A stretch of 64,000 nucleotides of DNA from Owenia fusiformis (Eukaryota): contig CAIIXF020000001.1 of assembly GCA_903813345.2 (NCBI GenBank), positions 7,936,001 to 8,000,000 of the forward strand, read 5' to 3'. Under the pieces are notes generated by a model that worked only from the letters and a program-made list of their open reading frames with translations, was not told the origin of the DNA and searched no databases. Shown here piece after piece: positions 38,286 through 52,834 of the stretch. Position numbers and translations under genes: made by a program. Each line of letters begins with the position of its first letter. Position 1 is the stretch's first letter.

Positions 38286-39459
38286 GTAACAAATTTATGT
38301 CAGAACACCACTAAAATTTCAACGCTACTTGCATTTTACATAAAGATCAGACTTTAAATCAAAATAATTTAGTATATGCATGTAATGGAGCTTGGCATAA
38401 ACAACTAAAAACAGCATTACCTCCCACATTCTGTCTGTCATGCAGCTGCTTTAACAGAAGTCTGGGTAACCAATTTATGACCATGATCTTTTAGTCTAAT
38501 AAATTCCTTAATGGTGTTGTATTGTATGGAAAATACTGGAATGCTCATATAAAAACATACAGGACACATGTTCAATGTAAGAAATGTATCCATGACACAA
38601 TAAATTTTGTAACCAATGATAATAAAGACCGCAATGTATAATATCTATAATACTGGAAAGAAAATCTAATGATTTTCATGGATTCAATAAACTACTTTAA
38701 AATAGATGGCATAATCATTTGGGTATTATTTCATAATGAAGTAATTCATTCCCTCTAAGCCAGCAGTCTTTAATTTTGTAATGATATAAATGAAGCTGAT
38801 ACATCAAAACGATTTTATCATTATCAAACATTCACAGATGGTGGGTGATGCATCATTTCAAAATATGTATTCCATTTTGTAAACTTTCAGAATTGTAAAT
38901 GCAATGGCCAAACGCTTGTATTTTTCACTCAAAATGACTGTCGTTTGTTTAAATGTATCAAATGAGAGGTATGGGAAGCAGAAAAAAGATGTAGCTATAT
39001 TGATATCATAGGAAAATATAATCAAAATATATTCTAAAATTAACACATTCATGTTATGTAGATTTGAAAATAATAGGTCTTAATTCATGAATAAATGCAA
39101 GGAGCTCATGCATCTCGAAATATGTTTGACGTATGTATTTAGTTTTAATATAGGTCTTGCTTTACGTCATTGTAATAATAATGATGTTTGCAATAATGTT
39201 GTGTCAGTCATGTTATTGTAATTTTCAGAGATGTGGCATATAATCACCTTTCAAATTTCTCCAATCATATGTTAATATGAAACAAAGGAAGTCCAAATGT
39301 ATATGATGACTGTCGATGAGTGTTAGAATATACACGTAAGAAACACATCATTACATGATTCAATTTTGAGTAGGTTGGTACTTAAAATACTATATACAGA
39401 TAACACAATCAAGACCTATCTGGACTCTTTTGCATATTGAGTTTTACCTCATAAAGCTA

Positions 39460-39810
39460 TAATTCCAAAAGTTCTGAAATCTTCAGAGGACATAAACTGC
39501 ACATCCAGTAACTACTACCACTTACATGTATTTGAAAGTTCTACTTTTTAAATTAACAAAGTGTCAGGTATTTAAAGAAAAGTAGATTTTTTACGTCTAA
39601 ATCGGCAATGTCTCAGGAACCAGGCTAAACTTGGGAAATGGCGATGACAGGTCAAATAGGCATAATGAATATGCATAAAATGAGTGTTGATTTGACTCAA
39701 TACAAATTCCAGTTTTAAACTGTGCGGCCAATGTTGACGGGCGGATGGACAAACGGAAGGACAGGCAAACGCCTAGTCGATCCCATAGGCTCACTGTGTG
39801 ATCTAAAAAT
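39460..39810 (+). repeat. 3' fragment of HINE-like family 2
   Basis: Matches the last monomer, the GGAC tract and the ataggctcactgtgtga end of 54413-58217. Confidence 0.75.
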
Positions 39811-40828
39811 ACAATTTTATAACCATCAAACTACACTCAATATTGCAAGAAGTATATCTTAACATCTAATATGAGCAAAAACACAGGAGATAGATCAAAA
39901 TTGTTTAAAAGTGATCAATTCTAATAATATTTAGTTAGACAATCAGGTTCCAATACTAGAGCTATGATAATACTTGATTGATTTTTTCCAGTCAAAATGA
40001 AGGCTTTAGAATTAGATTCAGGAGAAAGAAATAGAAAATTAGATAGAAACTCAGTTGAGCATGAAATAAAGCATAACTCTACCATTCTCAATTGAATATG
40101 GAAATTTAGTTTTCATTTGATAAAAGCATTGAGAATTTGTCTCTTTTGTTTATCAAAGAATGGATTTCCTCTCTTGCCTAACAGAGTAACATAACACAAT
40201 CACGTTGCACGTAAATACTTTAAGGCATAAGAACTTACAGGAGACATAAGACAGTAATTTGTGCCTGAATTTCTCAACAAACAATCATAAATTGCAGTGA
40301 TGCAATTGCCATTACTGATGCAATTAATAATACAATACATTGCTACATAAAATTCTCATTCCATTGCAATGTTAACAAGGATTAATATTTCATAGCTACG
40401 GTTCTTTTATTAGTGTTTCACAATATCAAATTATTGGGATTGATCCGAATACCAAGACTCCAATAGCCCTTTTAGTGTCAGCTCAAAGATACTTCGATAA
40501 TTCATTTTAGCTTTAGTACTGTCTATATTCTTGGACACTTTTATTTATTACTACAGAAATAATTCTTAATTGGCAATCAAGCATAATATGATGTAACTTA
40601 CTTAAGAAAATATCCAATAAAGGAATCCATAAATTCCATGTATGTACAAGTGCCAATGGTAAAAGTAAAAGGAAGAAAAAGAAAATGTTCAAGAGTACAC
40701 CAGTCATATTTAGTCAACCTAAAAATAAAATGCTTTATCCTTATTCAATCCTGATAAAATTTGATCTCAACATGATCTGGAGGACAATATTTCTTAAATG
40801 TTTTTGATTTTTTGAAAAACGGTCGGGA

Positions 40829-41550
40829 AAGGACCATGTGCAGTATGGCAAGTGATTTTAGGCATTTATATCTTTAACCATGAGTATTTTCTGGGCATAA
40901 ATACAGTGGTTTTTATTTTAAAAAATATGTTTTCTTTCAAGTGAAGTACCCATGATGATAAAAATATCAATCGAACAATTCAAAAAATTATGAATATGGA
41001 CCCCATGTCAACATTTTGAAAATATTGAACCTATTTACTCAAAAGAGGATCTTCTTTTTCTGATTTTTATTGCATGAAAAGATAATTCAACAAGGTTTCT
41101 AAAACATCTTCAAAAATAGAATGGTATTAAAAGTCTAGTTTTGAAGATATCAATTTTCGATGACCACAAGTATGCTGAAAACAATGGATGGCATGAGTTT
41201 CCCTATGGGAAAATAACATGGGATATGTGTTTTTTAATTTTAACGCATTTCAATACCCATCCCCTTTTCAGAAATTGTTAATATAGTGTAAAGGAGACTT
41301 TCGATATGTTTAAATCGAGAAAAACAAGATCCTCTTTTTAGAAAATAAGCCTAACATTTTTTAAAAAGTGCCAAGGTGGGGCCCTAATCCCAAATTTTTA
41401 GAGAGTTGAATTGATATTTTACTATCATGGGGACTTCACTTGAAAGACAACATATTGTTTTAATGAAAACCACTGTATTTATGGCCAGAAAGTACTCTTG
41501 GTGAAAGATATGACTGTCTAAAATCACTTGCCAAACTGCACATGGACCTT
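40829..41550. mobile_element. ~720-bp imperfect foldback element
   Basis: aaggaccatgtgcagtatggcaagtgattttag mirrored by ctaaaatcacttgccaaactgcacatggacctt; arms can be followed for over 200 bp. Confidence 0.8.
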
Positions 41551-44500
41551 TACTTGAAGTGTTAGTAAAAATCGATGCATGCAATTTGAGGTAAAAATGG
41601 ATGCGTTACATTTTATCAAGTTATTGTTTTGATGTTTTGCAAGGACAATATTGTTCAATTAACTTTTTATTCAAATCAGACCTCAATTAGAAGGTCAAAT
41701 AAAGGTAAACTTCTCGCTCATCCCCTTCGCTTTCAAAACCTTACACAATTTTGAAAGTTTTAAAAACGTCCATATAGGAAAATTTGAATTGTGATCATTA
41801 CACAATTATGACATCATGAATGCAATTGGTCCATCGAACAAAATGTGAAATTTTAGTGTTGTTCTGATCATTATTTCAAAAGTTATCCCAATTTCAACTA
41901 ACAGTGCAAGGGTAAAGTGTTTTGCCTTACAACGTATTTTGCGATGTCGGGATATATTTAACCTAAAAATATGGTAGATCACAACAAATTTTTCACAGAA
42001 AAATAGTATCACTGAAATGCACATAAAGAATTCTTTTAAATGATATATGAAACACATGGTTAGCTTTTTTGATAAGACAGGGACTAACACTTAAAGGTGA
42101 CAATGAAACTGGGGACAATTCAAGAAATATGGGCTAATTTAGCCCGTATTTCTCGAATTGTCCCCAGGTCCGTGCACATCATAATTACAATTACATGTTG
42201 AAGTGAGTGAAAAGACAGAGCCTTAAATGGAAAATTTAGACTAGCACATCATGAAGTAACCAATTCTGAAAAAATATCCATGTTTAAAGAAATGTAATTA
42301 TATGTATGTCTCCCGCATATAATATTAAATTATTTCTAACTCAAGGCCTCTTAAGCAAATTGTATCCCAGCTCAAGATCCCTAAGTGCCAAATACTTGAA
42401 GACTGGTGAGAATTTAGAATAAATGGAAAACCAAGGCATATATTCTGTCAATAGTAACTGTGTATTTAAATCAGGAAAACATATTTGCAACTGAAAGAAG
42501 GAAAGATTGATATTTGGCTATAAACTACATTAGTATTCAAAAAGGGAACAAGTTCCAATAAGATCAATATGAACCTAGAATATTTGTTTGACAAGAGAAA
42601 CATAGTCCTTCAAAGTGTATACATTCCATTGGGGACACCATTATTGATAATTCATAAATAGAGTGAGGAAAACCAAAAGCAATCTGGAATCATTATATAG
42701 GTATATACGTATGTATAGATTTTTCTGGTATTGTATGCATAAGACTAGGCAAGAATTCATTGATAAACTTAACCAATCTATATCAGACTATATGCCAAGC
42801 GTGGGAAAGCAACCATACTGCGGAAGTTTTTCTTCGATTAAAATAGAATTACAAAATCATGAAGACAATGAAAGATGCTGGTGAATAAACGGAAGTGGTC
42901 GAGGACATCAGAAATACTTAAGATTAAAATGTGAAAAATGTTGCTTAGTATAGCAAATATGTAACTTAAAATACATGAAAGAAGAGGATTTACAGCTTAA
43001 TAAAACATCTACAATGCTTACCAGAAATGATGTTATAATAGTTCAGATAACACATGTCAAATCAATTTAATAATTTCTAAATCTACACAGTAAAGATCAA
43101 CTTATAAAACACTTAATCATAAAACATTAATATGTCCAAAAAGTTTGGAAAGGGTAAAACTAAGGAGAGAGTGAAAGATAAGATGGAAAAAGAGGTAAGA
43201 TGTTATAATATAAATCATCTTAGAGATATCATTTTCAAACAATGATCTTAATGAACCAAAATGTATTGTCTAAACTGCTTCTTTGACATATAGCATTACA
43301 TAATGACAGACAACAAACAAGTGTAATCTAGTGGAAAATATGTATTATATATCATGTGATGGTCTGATACAAGAAGTGCCAGATCAATTAAATATCCCAA
43401 AAGTGGAACCATATCAACACCTGGCTTCCCAATACCAAAATAGCAATAAACAAACGCTAATGTAAAATATATACTTATTAATCACCAGTGATGTCATCAA
43501 TTAATTCAATATATTGCACTTTGTGCTTTTATGATTGCTCAGATTGCTGCTCATATTGTGTCTGTTAATCACCTCAGTGCAAATGTAAAATAATATAATA
43601 TAACAGATACATTGTTCACTTTGCCAATGAAAGCTATAGTAAACTTATAAAAGTGAGCAATGGTATTGTTATCGAATACTTCTATCCACTTTGTACCTTC
43701 TCATATCAAACAAGAATAATGTCTTAATTAAATCCCCTTCAAAGGTATTAGTTATTATGCAAAATACAGGTATGGAAGGTTATTTAAGTAAATTCTTCAG
43801 AAGTAATTCAGTTATTTATTATTGCAATATCCATAGTATTTTAAGAATTGGATAGAGTCTTATCTATCAGCAACTCCACAAAGTGGCAAATCCCAACGAA
43901 CAAAATATGTTTTGATAAATTTGCCTATAAAAATTACCCTATAAAATTTGAATCAAATTCGTCAACTGGTATTGGAGTTATCACCTCGACAGATGGACAA
44001 ACAAACAGACGGACAGATGAATTCGTCATATCTATATCCCCCTCCATGTTTGTTCCGTGAGATAATTATAACTGCTATTGTTTTGTTCCTTGGTTTAATT
44101 GTCTATCTATAGTGTCTATCTTAACTAAATTTGGAGTTTTTGACATCAACAGATCACAATTTGAGCATATATCAGATAGTATGATATGTGTGAACACGAG
44201 GGTTTTTGGTCCTTTACCAAACAGATTTTTTTTGCCAGGGAATCGAATACCTCATTTTTATGTTGGTAAACTGTACAACTCATTATGCACCTTATCCATA
44301 TTTCATAGTGTTGAAAGTGATGACACTGGTTAAAATCTTCATTGGGATTTAAATGATCATATGATAATAGATACATATACTGATCTTGACTTCTATAGTG
44401 GCTGTACTTTCTTCGGTCATTCATACAGTTAAGAACTGTGAGTCTTCATAAGCAAAATTCATTCACAATTTGTTATCCATTTATTGTTAACCAATGATAA

Positions 44501-47500
44501 TCTTACAATTTTTGAGTAAACAGTAGAGCTTGGTTGTTATCTCTAGATTTTTGAAATTATTTGACTAAAATGTCAAAGAGTTAAATAACAAATATATAAT
44601 TGAAGCCTCATTAGGTTTGAGTAAGTGAAACCAGTGAACTGAAACAGAAACATGAGGAGACATGTGAATGGCTCTAAGATATTGCTCAGCTATTACAAAG
44701 TACCGGTACATTGAATAATGGACCAATTCATAAAACATGAAACCTGACACTGAGTAATAATTGATTTCTCTTCAGTCCATGCTATCCAAGCCTAGTATAA
44801 TTTAGCCTAGGCGTCATATTCACAAGCCAAAGACCTTATTCTAATATATAAGTTAATGCTACCCACGTCTAATCAATGATAAAAATACAGGGCAGACATT
44901 TATAGTGATACAAAAATGAAGACATTGTTATCCAACAATAGAAGATGTGTCTATGATTTTAGAAGTTCACTTCCACAAAAAACTTCAGAAATCAATAGCT
45001 GAAGTGAATGCAGTCCAATTGCATGCAAGTGAACTACTTCAATAAACTATCTTTCTTATTCCCTTAATCTATTAACAAGACCAGCCAATTGGGATCAGAA
45101 CTAGGATGGACTGTGAATCTTGTGAATTGGGCTCCTAGGCCGAATTATCAACTAAACAAACAATTAATGCACTTAAAATTTAACTATGACATCATATTGT
45201 GGCATGCCATGGTAATATATTAGCATTTCTAATCTGAACAGCAGCTCGTGAAAGTTGTCTTCTTCAAATCAGTTGTACTATAAGATCATAAATTACAGGT
45301 AAACAACTGTGAAATCCCAAGATAAAATATTCATCTTTAGCTTTTATTAACATTTATTATAATCTGTTCCAGAGTACCACTGTCCATGTTACCAGAGCAA
45401 CCCATAACACAACTTTAATGTAATGGTGATAGCATAAAATTACCGGAGAAATATAACAATACATATTTCATGTTTTCAGTAATTATTTTGTAGTAATGAG
45501 TTTATGAATTTTGATACAAAAGAACATCAAATATTACAAGTAAACTTTACATGATTTCTACATTATCAAATGATCTTTATAATATAGGGTTTGGAATAGA
45601 ATTTTGAACAGTATCTACAAATAACACACATTTCTATACATATAAACTAATTGTGGTGATGTTATGGTGTTAAAAACTGGCTTGTCAACCACACATTTTT
45701 CAAAGTGCTCCGAGTTTTGGTAGAATGAGCATCAAAATATTTTAGAATATTATGAAAGGGGTTTTCAATAATTCAATATAGTAACAATTTCACATGAAAC
45801 CAAAGCAATGGAATGGGATATTTGCCAAATATCAAGAAATTAGGTAACGTTATATTTATTGGTTCGGTTGTACCAAATCAATACACTTCCATTTCTTATT
45901 GACATCACAGACTTGAAATAGTATCAAATACAAGCATAATAGAAACCCAATGCAATAATACAGTGTTCAATTGATTTTTCTTGTGGTACAGAATATGCCA
46001 TATCTAAAATACTAATTTGGCAGCAGAATCAGCAGATCCATTTGACCAATAGAGACCAAGGAAAATGCTGTGAAATTAAATTTCATTTGACAGAGAAGAT
46101 TGATACCCGATAAGATATTTTGGATATAAATGTAATGAACTGATAGTAATTTGATTTCTTACTCAATGTGCAAGTCTATAAGCTATATATGATTCCAGAT
46201 CTCTGACTACAAATGCTCCAAGCCCATTCAATTACCATTCTTGCACCATATAAGCAGGGATTCCATATAAAAATTTGCTAACTGATGTCAAGTACCTAAG
46301 GGCAAAAGATTTCAGAAAATGGTTTTACGAATATATTGCAAATAAGTAACTAAGTATAGACTGTTTAAGGTAAAAAATGCACTACCCTGGAATGAGGTAT
46401 GAGCTGAAAGTAGGCATGATTAAAAATGAAATAATGAAAATTTTGAATTTTCGTACAACAATATATAATATCAATGAATCAACATGCCTGAAAGTCTACA
46501 GGTAATCTGGGTATTGGTATATGAATACCAAGCAATTTTCAATAATTCATAATTTACTTAACTGTGTCATCATTATAACATGAGTATTTGTCATTTAAGA
46601 ACATTAGCAAAAATGCACTATTCAGTGGGCGCATAATGGTGAGTCAGGTTATTGTATAAATTGTGGTAAAATGCTAAGGAAGCAAAAGTATAAGCCAGAG
46701 CCAGTATGTATATTACCAGTACGTATGCCTATAAATGGATATGGGTATAAGTTTGTTGATTGGTGGATGAATGGATGGGTGGAAAAATAGATGAGTGGAT
46801 GATTCCATCAATTTAAGAAACACAGTAGAAAATTGAAAACCACAAGGAAGGTGACATAGAACCTCTTTTAAGAATCATAATAAAATCAATAGATTTCTTT
46901 AACAACTTTCTGCATGTGGTAATACTAGCATAGTAATAAATGTCATATGTTTTGTGGTTGCTGTTTTATTATAAATAGAACTGCTAGTATAACAGAAACC
47001 CAGATATAATTAAATAACTTATTACAACCATTATGTCATATCATCATCATTAGAGGTGTAACTATAGATGCATTTCCGTTGTGAATAAAAGATTAGTGAC
47101 GTATGTATGGCAGGAAGAAGAAATAAGGTAATACTTAGTGTATCCGTTTGTCGTAGTTAAATTTACTTCAGATGACTGTTTAGTAGTGCTATATGGGAAT
47201 AGGTAGTATTTGTAAATGAAAGTTTCATGCAGGAAACTTTCAAAAATATATGCGCCTGAAGAAGAAAGACAATGCGGTCTTGTCTACAGGTTTCAAGCCA
47301 AACCTCTGTCAATATGATTCTAGTTTTAGGTTACTTTTGTTAATTAGCAATACACCAAAATACAATCATTTTTTACAATGTTTAATGCATTACTATTTTT
47401 TATTTTGATGTATCAAATAGTTCTTGAAAGAAAAACTTAATTGCTTTAAGATGAGTGTTCCCCGTGTTATTTCTCCATTGAAAAATCTCATGCTATCCAT

Positions 47501-48704
47501 TGGTTTCAGTTCATTTTGGATATCCAAATTCAGTATCTTTCAAGTACCTGGAGCAATCAACTTTTCCTTTTAGGAAATCGAACATGTCTCAAAGCACATC
47601 CTAATTATGCATTCAACAATATAATAAAATGTTGCATTTCTGGGGAAAATTAGGTCAACATTCTTGAAAAGGTATGTTGATTGGACCATTGCCCCTTCAA
47701 TATCAACAAGGTCTGATTAACTAAATTATCATTATATATACTTTTCTTGATGATAATGAATGGATCTAAAAGATACACCCATGTTCATGATCAGAAAATA
47801 TTCATAATTCAAGTTAGAATTGTTTGAAATTGTTTGTGATAACCTACGTGCTCCTTTGATACAGTATTTGTGATTTGCTCTAATTTAATTGTGTATTACA
47901 AAGCTATACTTCAGAAAGATCTCAATATTAACAAAAAATCCTGTTTCCCGACCCAAGTTTAGAATATATGGAAGACAAGGATTCTGACAGTTAGTTTTAC
48001 TTGTTCATAATAACCTTTTGAACGTTAAAGATAAATCTAGTAATAAACATACAATTATGTATACCTGTCCATGCATCATTGATACCTAACCTGGGACACA
48101 TTCTGTTGAATCAGTAAATGGCAGTAGTAGTTTCATACTGAAATAAAAATGTCATTCTGTGATATGATTTTGTTTAAATTGTGATGTTGATTAAATGTAT
48201 AACAACGTTTGGATAAATAATAGTGGGCAATAATCAGTGTCTGGCATCTAAAATATTGATAATTAATTACTAAATAATTGAAATTAAATATAAAGCAAGA
48301 TGCTAAACTAGTACAAAAAATTCCCCAAAGAAACCTACAAATGAACTGAACAGTATTAGTAATGCCTGGACAGAGTTTTTTCAGGTTTAAGTGTTAACTC
48401 TAAACGTCTTACATTTACTAGGAATGAACTTCTCATCCTAACTTGTTTGTTTTCTCCCAGTGTTGTCTTAGGGCTTTCTGATAATTCACTTAGCATGACG
48501 ATTCATTCTGGTCATGATAGAAATCTTGAAATAAGAAAGACAAGATTCAGAGTCATTTAAATGTAATGTGGAACATGTTAAATGCATAGGAAATTGTGAT
48601 TTGATAATCAGCTTATCACAAATTATTACAAGAATCAAAAACTAAATTAAACCATTGTTATATGTTTTAATGTAGAAAAGATATATTCAATAATAATAAT
48701 TGAT

Positions 48705-48728
48705 ATAAACATACTTTTCTGCTTCCAG
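48705..48728 (+). promoter_or_regulatory. Putative splice acceptor in the DIRAS 5' UTR
   Basis: Pyrimidine tract cttttctgcttccAG ending 33 nt before the ATG. Confidence 0.7.
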
Positions 48729-48761
48729 GTTACAAAAGACCGTTCAATTCGTCTGCGGGTC

Positions 48762-49358
48762 ATGCCAGAGCAGAGCAATGATTACAGGGTTGTTGTCTTT
48801 GGAGCTGGAGGTGTCGGGAAAAGCTCACTTGTGTTACGGTTTGTCCGTGGCACGTTTAAGGAAAGCTACATTCCAACAATTGAAGACACATACAGGCAAG
48901 TGATCAGTTGCAATAAGCAGGTGTGTACGCTGCAGATCACAGACACAACAGGGTCCCATCAATTCCCTGCAATGCAAAGACTCTCCATCTCTAAGGGGCA
49001 TGCCTTCATTCTTGTCTACTCAGTCATCTCCAAGCAGTCAATTGCAGAGCTAAGTCCCATATGGCGTGAAATATGTGAAATCAAAGGTGATACATCACAA
49101 ATTCCCATTATGCTTGTTGGTAATAAATCGGATGAGTTATCACGCGAAGTATCAACAGCGTTAGGTATGGAGTTAGCCAAAAAGTGGGGATGTGGGTTCT
49201 TGGAAACCTCTGCTAAAACTAATCATAATGTAAAAGAACTGTTCCAAGAACTGCTACAGATGGAGAAAAGACGGACAATGAGTCTTCAGTTGGAAACAAA
49301 GAAATCAAAATCCCAAAAAAGGAAAGAGAAGTTAAAGGGTAAATGTTCCCTGATGTAA
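48762..49358 (+). CDS. DIRAS: GTP-binding protein Di-Ras (DIRAS1/2-like), 198 aa, single coding exon
   Basis: [21 protein letters not shown], effector [40 protein letters not shown], basic tail and CAAX box CSLM. Confidence 0.97.
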   Translation: MPEQSNDYRVVVFGAGGVGKSSLVLRFVRGTFKESYIPTIEDTYRQVISCNKQVCTLQITDTTGSHQFPAMQRLSISKGHAFILVYSVISKQSIAELSPIWREICEIKGDTSQIPIMLVGNKSDELSREVSTALGMELAKKWGCGFLETSAKTNHNVKELFQELLQMEKRRTMSLQLETKKSKSQKRKEKLKGKCSLM

Positions 49359-51056
49359 ATTATGAGCTGGGATATTCCACATAAACACATGAAATGTGAA
49401 ATAATACTGTAAATATAACTCATGTACATATTGGATATCATTAATTCAAGAGATATGATTGAAAACCAAAGTTGAAAAACAAATATTACAGAAACTTAAG
49501 ACAGTAAAAACACATTATTTATGATACTGGACTGTACATAGGATTTAATGGCAACACCAGAACACAGATAGGCTGACTTTATATGTTTCATTTGCTAGGC
49601 TACTCGATTATTGATGGTCCTGGAAACCTGAATGCACATTATCCTAGTTATTTGTTTTTAAATGACTGCTTTATCAAGAGCTTTTTTGTGTTTACATATG
49701 CTTTTTCATAATGGCTGTTACTTGACACTTTGTATGACAGATTTTAATATGTTTCTTATTGTGCAAAACAATGAAATAACAAGGCACTAACATGCAAAAT
49801 ATCACCACCTGCCATTTGTTACAGATGCCACATGCTAACCACCAAACACCGAATACCAAACACCAAACTTCAACCACTGAACATTGAACACTGTCCCCCA
49901 AAAAGTTGGAGACTATAACAATATGTCACCCCTTCTGGTGAAGTAACGACTGTAACTGTAATAGTCCCTCTGGAAACCAAATAATAAGTGATGTCTGTTA
50001 ATTGTTAGGTTTGAAACAATATGAAACAAACAGGACATGAAGATGACATGTCGCATTTCAGGCACTTCTTTTTAATTTATTGCAAATGGTAACAAAATGT
50101 TACTTGTTATTTGTTGTCATGGTAACCGATTTTGGCAGATATGTGTTGGAACTCATAACATGTTTATATATGTTCACAGTAAAAAGTCTAAACAGTACTT
50201 TTTTGGAAATTGTAAGAATTGTTGCAGACACCAACTGCCGACTGCCGACTGCCAACCGCCAAACACCATCCACAAAAAAGGTTGGAGACTATAGCAAATA
50301 CAAAAAATATAATATGTTACAATTTCTGATGGTGACATTATGAACTGTCCCAAATGTGAATAAACCTTAGCTTTTCACATATTTGATCAAATATCTGATA
50401 TGGGATTTTTGAACTATACTAGTATCAATTCTATTCCCTGTTTATTTCCCAGGAAAAATATGTTATTATAATGAATAGATATGTATTCATTGGATACTTA
50501 AGTAATGTCATGTTTCAAAATTGTTCAATCTAACTACCTTATCATAACAGTAATCTCAGCTGTATACCTTGAAAGATAACAGATAGATTCATTGATTGTT
50601 TGATTGATAGTTTATCAAAAACAATTTTCACACAAGACTTATTATTTATTTCACACAAGACTTAAATTTATCCAAATGACTGTGGCACATTCATATCTCA
50701 GATTAGATTTTATGACCATGGAATTTGGTGTGCCTTTTAGACTCATGTATTATTTTAAAAAAACCTACACTTATGTTGTAATCGCTCTTTACTTTGCTAA
50801 GGACATCTTCGACTTGTTAACATTTTTGAATTCTGTGTGTATAAAATGTTGATTTTCCAAATCTGAAAATAACTGTACATGTGATTCTTTGAATTATATT
50901 TGTAATTGGGGAAACGACAAAAGACATAGCATTTAATTGATTTGATTAATTGTTATTGTAATTACTATTTTCTGATCTGTATTTAATTTGTTATATTTGA
51001 AACACTGATACACCTCTTAAATTAATTCTCTCGGACATCCTATTGTATTGTGCAAT

Positions 51057-51237
51057 CATAGGCATAGCTAGGAAGGCAAGAGAAGGCATTACTGCCTCAC
51101 CAAATTTTACAGAAAAATGAATGTATCAATTTTGCCTCACCTATTTAAATTTGCCTTGCCTATTTTAATTTGCCTCACCTATTTAAATTTGTCTCCCTAA
51201 ATTTGCCTCACCTATTTTTAGTTCCTAGCTACACCCG
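51057..51237. mobile_element. Small MITE with internal ~19-bp tandem repeat
   Basis: ggcatagctaggaa / ttcctagctacacc ends; tttgcctcacctatttaaa repeated ~5 times. Confidence 0.6.
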
Positions 51238-51518
51238 AATGATACAAACATGAATAATACAAATAAAAGATCATCAATAATAGATGATAATTTCATAAGG
51301 CAGTTCTGTAATAAATTTATCTGGAGCTACAAGCTTTATCAATTAGGTAAAACCTATGCTGAATGCTTAAATCCCTAGAGGCCATAGAGGGGGATATAAG
51401 CAGAGTTTAACTATTTTCAATATGACATATCAATGCCCTACCCATATATATCGTAAAATGGTTGATGTTATAAACATCTCTACAAAAAGGATTTTTCACA
51501 AAAAGTGATTGGTGTTTC

Positions 51519-52834
51519 AACTAGACAACAGCAACGCCAAAGCGTAGCAAATCCCATCGAACAGCCATGGCTGCCATTTTTACAAACAAAGTATATAGCA
51601 TAAAATGGCAGCTATTTTTCAAAATGGCCACCTTCTACCAAAAGTGTCATTAGACAGTGTGCCATGCTTATAGTATTCACAAACCAAATATGAAGAAAAA
51701 CACTCTACTACTTTTCGAGTTATAAGTATTCACATACCAAATATGAACAAAATCTCTCCACTACTTTTCGAGTTATAGTCAAATACGTTAAAATGGTGGC
51801 CATTTTTCAAAATGGCCGCCTTCTACCAAAAGTGTCATTAGACAGTGTGCCATGCTTATAGCATTCACATACCAAATATGAACAAAATCGCTCCACTACT
51901 TTTCGAGAGAGCAAAAATCGTAAAATAACGAGTAAAGGCCGCCATTTTTCAAGATGGCTGCCATGTGCTTCTTTAATATCTACATTTCTAGCTTCTTTTT
52001 TTTGGATTTTTTTTTTTATTAAAAATATTTATTCTCTAAATTAAAATCAAATACATAATAACACTTGACACTTTTAATAAGTGTATCAGTGTGATAACAT
52101 TTAAATAGTAATCTGAGTCACATGGAAATGAGAAAAAAAGAACAATTAAAAATATTTACTCAGTCAAATGAGAATAAAATTGATTACAATTAATAAAATG
52201 TACATATATGTTTGTCAATAATTTAGTTCATTCATATTTTGATATCATATGAATTTTAAAATTTTTTTTAAAACAGTTAATGGAAGGTGATATTTTCAAA
52301 GAAGTTGGCAGACTATTCCAAAGCTGAGCACCTGAATATTTTATTTTTTCACGTGAAGACAATTTTGGAATCTTGTCTCATGTTCGTGATATATTATGTT
52401 TGGAGTAAAATAATTTTCAAACATGTCAAAAGGAAAGCCAACATGTTTTGTTGTGTATTGATAAAGAAATTTTGCAACTTCAAGCTTATGTATGTCAAAA
52501 ATGTCTAGGAAATTGAGTTGTTTAAAAAGAGGTGGGCTATGTGCTAAAAAGTCAGAATTAATTTATTAATGTCCTAAATAATTTTTTTACATTTAAAACA
52601 TATTGCTATTACGGTTTTACATATTGCACTAAATCGGCACTAAAATGGCCACCATTTTTAAATGAGTGGCCATTTTGAAAATCGGCTTTCAAGCAGAACA
52701 TCTACCCCCATCGGGTATATGTGTGCAAAATATGAACAAAATCAAGCCAACAGTATTTGAGTTATTGCCAGGACAGACGGACGGACGGAAGGAGGCGTTC
52801 CCTATATCCCTCCGAACTCCGTTCAATGAGATAA
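51519..52834 (+). mobile_element. HINE-like family 3 copy with internal tandem repeats
   Basis: aactagacaacagcaac...atcccatcgaac start; attcacataccaaatatgaacaaaatc repeats; GGAC tract and cctatatccctccgaactccgttc end; related to 58222-59093 and 61445-62454. Confidence 0.8.
51995..52562 (-). mobile_element. Insertion with poly-T start, probably a 5'-truncated polyadenylated LINE on the minus strand
   Basis: Absent from the homologous copy (62181: tctagctttattaatg is contiguous); begins with T tracts. Confidence 0.45.
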
